A DNA stretch of 64,000 nucleotides from Lingula anatina (Eukaryota > Animalia > Brachiopoda). Made by a program: the position numbers and the translations under genes. The notes under the pieces are model-generated. The model was not told the origin of the DNA. It did not search any database and saw only the letters and a program-made list of their open reading frames with translations. The stretch covers positions 18,848,001 through 18,912,000 of the forward strand of contig CM120646.1 of the NCBI GenBank assembly GCA_051362555.1, written 5' to 3'. Below are positions 57,677-64,000 of this stretch, piece after piece (positions within the stretch are counted from its first letter, which is position 1; each line of letters opens with the position of its first letter).

Positions 57677-60576
57677 ATGACGATTCACTCTGTATTCGTA
57701 GTAAATCGTGCCGGTGGTCTGATCTACCAGTATGACCACAATATGCCTAAGATAGAAGTAGAGAAAACATTCAGCTATCCCCTAGAGCTGGTGCTAAAAT
57801 TGTTAGATGAGAAAGTCGTGGTGGCCTTTGGTCAAAGAGATGGAGTGAAAGGTACAAAAGCTGATGAGACACGTTTTCAGCACATGGTGCAGGACTTAGG
57901 CTGTGTTTACAATAGAAGTTATCATACTAGTAGGATCGATCTATCTAAGTCTGGCACACCCCCTCACAACATGAACAACATCATGGACCACAAAGTTATC
58001 CTGCCTTTACCCAAGTACTTTAGGTTATTGGGGGGGGGGGGGGGGGGGGGTCAGACAATTGAGCTGATTACATTGACTGTGCTTTAGCCAGAATACCCGC
58101 TGAGATAGATCATTCCTGCTAGTGCGATAACTTCTATTCTGTACACAGCTTTAGAGTTCTTAAAACAAAGTTGGTCAATCTGCAGTCCAGATAACAAGAC
58201 CCAATGCTGAATAGAAAGGGGCATTTTTACAACAGAGTCTTTGTATAGGTGCATGGTACTTTTGTAGCCCCCCTCTCAGTTTTCAATATTTATCTTAATT
58301 TTGTTTTGTGGTGGCTTTGATCAATGTATTCAAGTGAATTAGTTTGGCACAATTTACTTCCTAATATGTCTTTGTTTTCATAAGAAAGAAACCGAAATGT
58401 TTGAGTGGTTAAATTGTGTATGACCATGAATGCTGGTTGACTCTACTGCTGCCTGGCATTTATGTACAGTAACATGTATGTCCTCAGTCTCAGATTTTCT
58501 GAATATGAATTCTTTTTTTCAGTGGGCCACACTGTGTTAGGAATTAATGGTTTGAGTGCATCAGGTCGTCAGTTAGAGGATGGAAGAGATATCCTGGAAA
58601 CAATTGCAGATGAGGACAATTATCCCATTGCTATAAAGTTTGGCCGACCAAAGTTAACAGTGAATGAAAAGATAATGCTGGCCAGTATGTTTCACTCGTA
58701 AGTTGTCCCCAGGGTAGCTTATGAATTATTGTACACAAATATTGTAAACATAAATGATAAGTCTGTGTTAAAATCATCAAAGGGAAATTTGAGGAAAAGT
58801 TAAGATAATATATATAGCAGAACAGCTTTTGAGTACCATTATACCGTTTACATGTATATGTATATATACAGTGTGAAAATTTGTTTGGGTTCCTAGCAAT
58901 TTCTGATTTTTACAAACCATCACTTCTTTGAATTTGGGGCCAATAAAAACCCCTAAATATACATTTCAATCCTTTAGAGTATGTAATCTGCTGTAACATT
59001 TTTGACATGTCAGTGTGTAGTTTACAAAATGTGCATATTTTGATGCAGTAAGGAAGTTTGCCTGTTTTTTCGAAAACTGTCTTTCAGGTTGTTTGCCATC
59101 GGATCCCAGCTGTCACCCGAACCCCACTCTTCAGGAATAGAAGTCTTAGAAACTGATGTCTTTAAATTACACTGCTTTCAGACTATGACAGGTACAATGT
59201 TGTACTCCGTGAACTATTTAAAAACACTTTTAAAGAAAAAGTAACATGGAGCTTTTTTCCGAAGCATTCAGTTATAAGTAGCATGATTCTGTTTCAGAAA
59301 AATACATAATTCAAAATATAATGTGCTGTATTTGCAAATTTAACTTTTTTAGCAATTTATATATGGACACTGTGAATAAAAGATTTTGTAATGTAAAATG
59401 AAAAAAACAACTTTATAAGTCATCTCTTAAATGATTATGTCTGCAATTGACAGTGACTAATATATGTTTTATCATTTCATCAAACTGCTCATAGATTATT
59501 CTGTCAATATTTTCAGGCATAAAATTTATAGTTCTGACAGATTTACGACAAGGGGCAGTGGATGGTCTGTTGAAGAAACTATATGAAGTCTACTCTGATT
59601 TTGCTCTGAAAAATCCTTTTTATTCCATAGATATGCCAATAAGGTAGGACACTTGAAACTAACACTTAAAAACTTATTATTATTTGAATGAAAAAAAAAT
59701 CAAAAAGGTAAATTACAAATTTGATTCTACTTGAGTATTACTCTCTGAACCCATCATTCTTAATTGTCATAATATTATTTTTACTTAGGATAAAGAAAAC
59801 ATCAAATGCTTAATATCATTCACAGGTTTTTGATATATCACAATGTAGATGTATATTGTACTAGAAATTAAAAATAATGAGAATTTGCTATATGGCCTCT
59901 TTTATTTCAAAATCAAAGTATAAATTCTTGAAAATTTTACACTACATAGCATATTTACTGCTGTATATAAAAACTTATTGTCCATTAATGAAATTGATAA
60001 TGCAAAATAATTTGTGAGTGCATTTAATTGGTTCAATTAAGTTCATTAAAATTACATACGAAGCAAGTGTAGATTCCTTGTAGCACATATAAGTCACTGC
60101 TATCCGTATCTCACATAACTCAAATAAAGCTGACATGCCAAAGAGTGATCACTCTATCAGGAAAAACAAAGCTTTAAAACTGCACCTTATCCATCAGTCT
60201 CTTCAGTTTCTAAAAATTCAGCTCAGTTCTTGTGTAACTTTAGAAAAACCATGTGGATTGTGCCTAGCTAGGAAAGGATGTTTTTTTTTCTTTAGAAACA
60301 TTAATTTGTTTCCAACCTTTGACATGTAGGTTTCAAATTAAAAAATGGGAAAGCACAATACTATACATACTGGATTGTTTTTTCACTTCTTTTTACTCTT
60401 CCTTTTCTGCATAATATCAGAATATGATATATAATATAAAAATATTATATTAGACTAGTTTCTAAAGACAATTCATATACAGTGTACCACTTTTTCTTTT
60501 TAGGTGTGAACTCTTTGAGCAAAATTTACAATCCGCTATTGAGCAAGCAGAAAGGACTGGAATAAGCAACATTTGA
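57677..60576 (+). CDS. TRAPPC4: Trafficking protein particle complex subunit 4 (synbindin/Trs23), 217 aa; exons 57677-57851, 58523-58697, 59088-59191, 59517-59643, 60504-60576
   Basis: [20 protein letters not shown]...KTFSYPL...[66 protein letters not shown]; 654 nt in frame. Confidence 0.96.
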
Positions 60577-60955
60577 GATGCAGACATATTTGACCCTGAG
60601 TTAAGCAAATATTTTATATTACCTTATCACTACATGCTGGAATAATGAAAAAACGCGTATCCTGGATGGAACAGAAACACCATCAATATTCTGAAACTCT
60701 GGGTGCAATAAACTGTGATTAGATAAATAGATTGGATGACAATTTAGTTAAGAATTTTGAGAGCTCGGCTGAAGAAATAGAGATTTGAAATGCTCCATCC
60801 TAGCCAGGGTGCAATGCTTGAAGTGGTAATGGAATAACTTGGTGATTTCACTTGATAACAGTGGCATTTACATTTATATTATATTCATATCATTCTGTTC
60901 ATGTGTAATTTAATTATTAAATCATTACATGTAATTCACAAAGGCGACTTTCTTC

Positions 60956-60994
<39 letters not shown>

Positions 60995-61644
60995 AAAAAT
61001 CAGTATAAGTATTTAAGAAGTAATATAATTTGCAGCTTCAGTACATAACATAAACCTCATGCTATATTTTCTTGGTTAGTATTGAAGAAGTAATGTCATT
61101 TGATGCTTGTGTACGTGACGTAAGCTTTATACTACAGGAGGAGGGGTCAGCTACTGGTTTTATCTCACGGTTATCAGTTAAGACGAGTGCTTCTTTCAGA
61201 AATATAGCAACACGTCTCAGTACGATCTGACTTGAATATATTACGTGTAACTTTTTCATAGGGTAATAAACCTGTCACTGAACTGTCGTCAGAGACCCAC
61301 GTCACCGCCGTGTCGCGAATCCAAATTCCAAATTGAGTTGGCAAAGAGAACCTGCAAGATCTATCAATCTAATGAGATGTTAAGAGATTGGGGGAGGGGT
61401 GGGGTGTGATACCATTGTGCATTTATGCAATAAAGATCTATGGATTTTTTTATGATAATTAAAGGGAATAATCTCAACATAATCAAAATAGGCCTTATTA
61501 TGACGAAAGATAATTATTGCAGTTGAGTCGCTTTGACATTTTTGAGTGATTTACGATTTACAGCTTACATACATGTAGCTCCAATGTGTGTGTGTGTTTG
61601 TGAGCGCGCACGTGGGTGGAGGGTGGGGTTATTTGTCACGTAAT

Positions 61645-63917
61645 TTACGGAACATATTGCCAGTAGGACCAAAAACAATACAGTGCAACACCTAGAGACA
61701 AAATAAAAACCAGTCCAATGTTGAGACCGATTTTTGCAGCACGTGATTGTTTTAGTGACGTTATCTTAAGAAGACGACATTGTTGCTCTTGCTGACGTTG
61801 CGATTCTTCAGGTGATTGGTGAATACCAATCAACCAATCACAGGCTTTGCTATACCATGGACGAGACTCCCATTCTGGAAAAGATGTGACGTCAGTAATG
61901 GCAACCATGGTATTTCAACTATTTTTCACCATTGTTATCACTATATAGCACCGAAATCATAATGATGACAATAATAATAATGAACGGTCATACAGCCACT
62001 GTTAACTTATTGTGAAATAAATAAAAAAAGGAAATTTGATTAATACCCTAGGCTAAAAAATTTAATGAAATAAGAGAGTGGCTTAATTTAAAAAAAGTTA
62101 GATTAAGTAATTGACTGAAATATACCGACGTTTCATTATTAAAAAGAGATACTGAAGCCGGATTAAAACTCTTGAAAAACTTCTTGCTTCCTTTTTAAGT
62201 TAAAAGTGTACTTTTACCCAAAAGGTAAAAAAGTTTCCACCAACTACTTTATTGAAAAGGTATATCAAATAAATAAATAAAATAAATAAATGAAAAATGC
62301 CATATCAGTATACCCACCCACTTCATCCGATGTATTACAAGGATTGTAGCCGTTTACTGATTCCGCGGACACGGTAAACACTGGTTTTTGTTTGTCAGAA
62401 TCTGTAAATAAAATTGCACATAGTAGGTCTAATCCCATGTCTTGGTAGGATATCTGTTGTGTTGAAAATGTGTTTTTGCTATGAAAAGGCACGGATTAGA
62501 TTTATTTTGGAGGGTACAATAATTTCTTCTTGTCTAAAAGTTTGCGATGCCTTTTGTCTTAAAATAATTACCAACATATTGGACTTCGGAATACGACTTA
62601 CCTAGGTTTGAATTACTTTCCCCCTTTTCTAAGCCAGGGTTATCCAGCCCCGTTTCCATGGAGTTGGTGGTTGCCTTAGAGATATCGTCGAAATGCATGC
62701 CGGACTTGGACTCCATTATCTCTTCCTCTCTGTCACGATTGTCATGCCGCGTCCAGAATGTCGTGCGGATCAACTGCAACAAAAATATTTTTAATTCCTT
62801 TTAAAAATTACCTTTGAATCTAGTTTAAAAGAAACAGAGCATCTGTCTATCTATCTATCTTACATACTTGTAGTCTCCTTTACGTCGTGTTTGTTGTTTT
62901 GTGTGACCAAACAGCAGGCCCACAAATACACGTGTAGACTACACTAGCCCTCAGTCTTGAAATAGATCGGCTTATTTTTATTTCAATGTTTTCAATCATG
63001 CATGTAAAGATATATATTTTAACTATATTAAATTAAAATCTGACAAACGAAGCCATATCAATTATAAAAAAAATGCTTAAAAACTCACGCGTTTCTCTTC
63101 CGGAGCCTCCGTACAGTAACTGATGATGGCAGCGACAATGACAGTCATCCAGAACAAAAGCATGGCAAAGTACATGTCCTGGAAATCCTTGATGATAACC
63201 AGCCTATCGTCGACATCCCCGCACTTCTGTGCGCCTGGCCAAATGGATACGAGGACCAGGCGAGTGACCCCCGTAAGCAAGGCCACCATTAATGCCCAAA
63301 ACACGCCCTGTTTTAGAGAAGAAATAATAATAATAATAATAATAATAATAATTTAAAAATTAACGGCCCTTATATGTCTCAACACTGTGTAGATGCACAA
63401 CATATCCAGTTTTGGATTTTTTTCAAAGGAGAAAGAATAAGTTCCTTCGTCACTTCCTTTCGTATTAAAACTCGGCAAATTCCAAATTCTTCTTTTTCTT
63501 TTTCTTATATTGCTGAAATCCTTACTTGTTTTTATAAGTCATAACCTTTGGAAACGCGTCTTTTTGTAAACACTAAAAGAATAAAGAACAGAAGATATAA
63601 CCAGCACCCTTCAGTTGTTCAACAAATACTTTCTTAAGTTTTGGATGCAATCATTCCGGTATGCCCCAAGGTTCACCATTTTGCATTTGATTTCCTCCTA
63701 CTTAGATGCTACGAGCTGCTAGAATATCCAAAAGACATTTGCACTCACCTGCTCGTTAATTCTGGGCCATACGACCCCAAGGATGAAAATAGCGGCAACA
63801 GGAGGCGCTAGGTAGTTGGTCACCTCTTGGATATAGAAGAACACCTGACCACCTTGCATCTCCTTGACAACCGGTACCCAGGCAACCGCCACAGCCGTCA
63901 TGACGAGCACGAAGACT
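61645..63917 (-). CDS. SLC5 sodium:solute symporter (SGLT / myo-inositol cotransporter-like), 3' part only; exons 63917-63749, 63307-63089, 62773-62602, 62401-62318, 61874-61645
   Basis: VAWVPVVKEMQGGQVFFYIQEVTNYLAPPVAAIFILGVVWPRINEQ|GVFWALM, extracellular CGDVDDR loop, terminal TM14 ending YCFWSYWQYVP*. The gene continues beyond the window. Confidence 0.9.
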
Positions 63918-64000
63918 CTGGAAATACCAGCACATCTGTCACAACTACCAATGTACATACACTGTGTATTGACGAAACAAAATAACTAGCTGAATAAATA

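Overview
AT-rich, intron-containing animal genomic DNA, most likely from a marine invertebrate (lophotrochozoan-like by gene and repeat content; this is inference). Reconstructed from GT-AG splice sites: Vang/Strabismus (+), tail-to-tail with an 18-coding-exon DIXDC1/Dixin (-). Three tandem two-exon isopenicillin-N-synthase-like 2OG-Fe(II) dioxygenases (-) follow, with duplication debris around them. Next is a spliced 162-aa secreted precursor (-) that the ORF track largely misses; it has a big-defensin-like N-terminal domain joined to a non-canonical 8-Cys domain. After about 8 kb with no supported gene come an RBM7/RBM11-like gene (-) head-to-head with TRAPPC4 (+), then the 3' end of an SLC5 sodium/solute symporter (-). 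Repeats include a Helentron-like element carrying a 161-bp satellite, a long-TIR element with an 8-bp TSD and a RecQ-helicase relic, two related MITEs with 5-bp TSDs, microsatellites and several perfect 14-bp-arm palindromes. The best novelty candidates are the atypical big-defensin-like precursor and the adjacent dioxygenase array. All family assignments come from remembered motifs; no database search was run.
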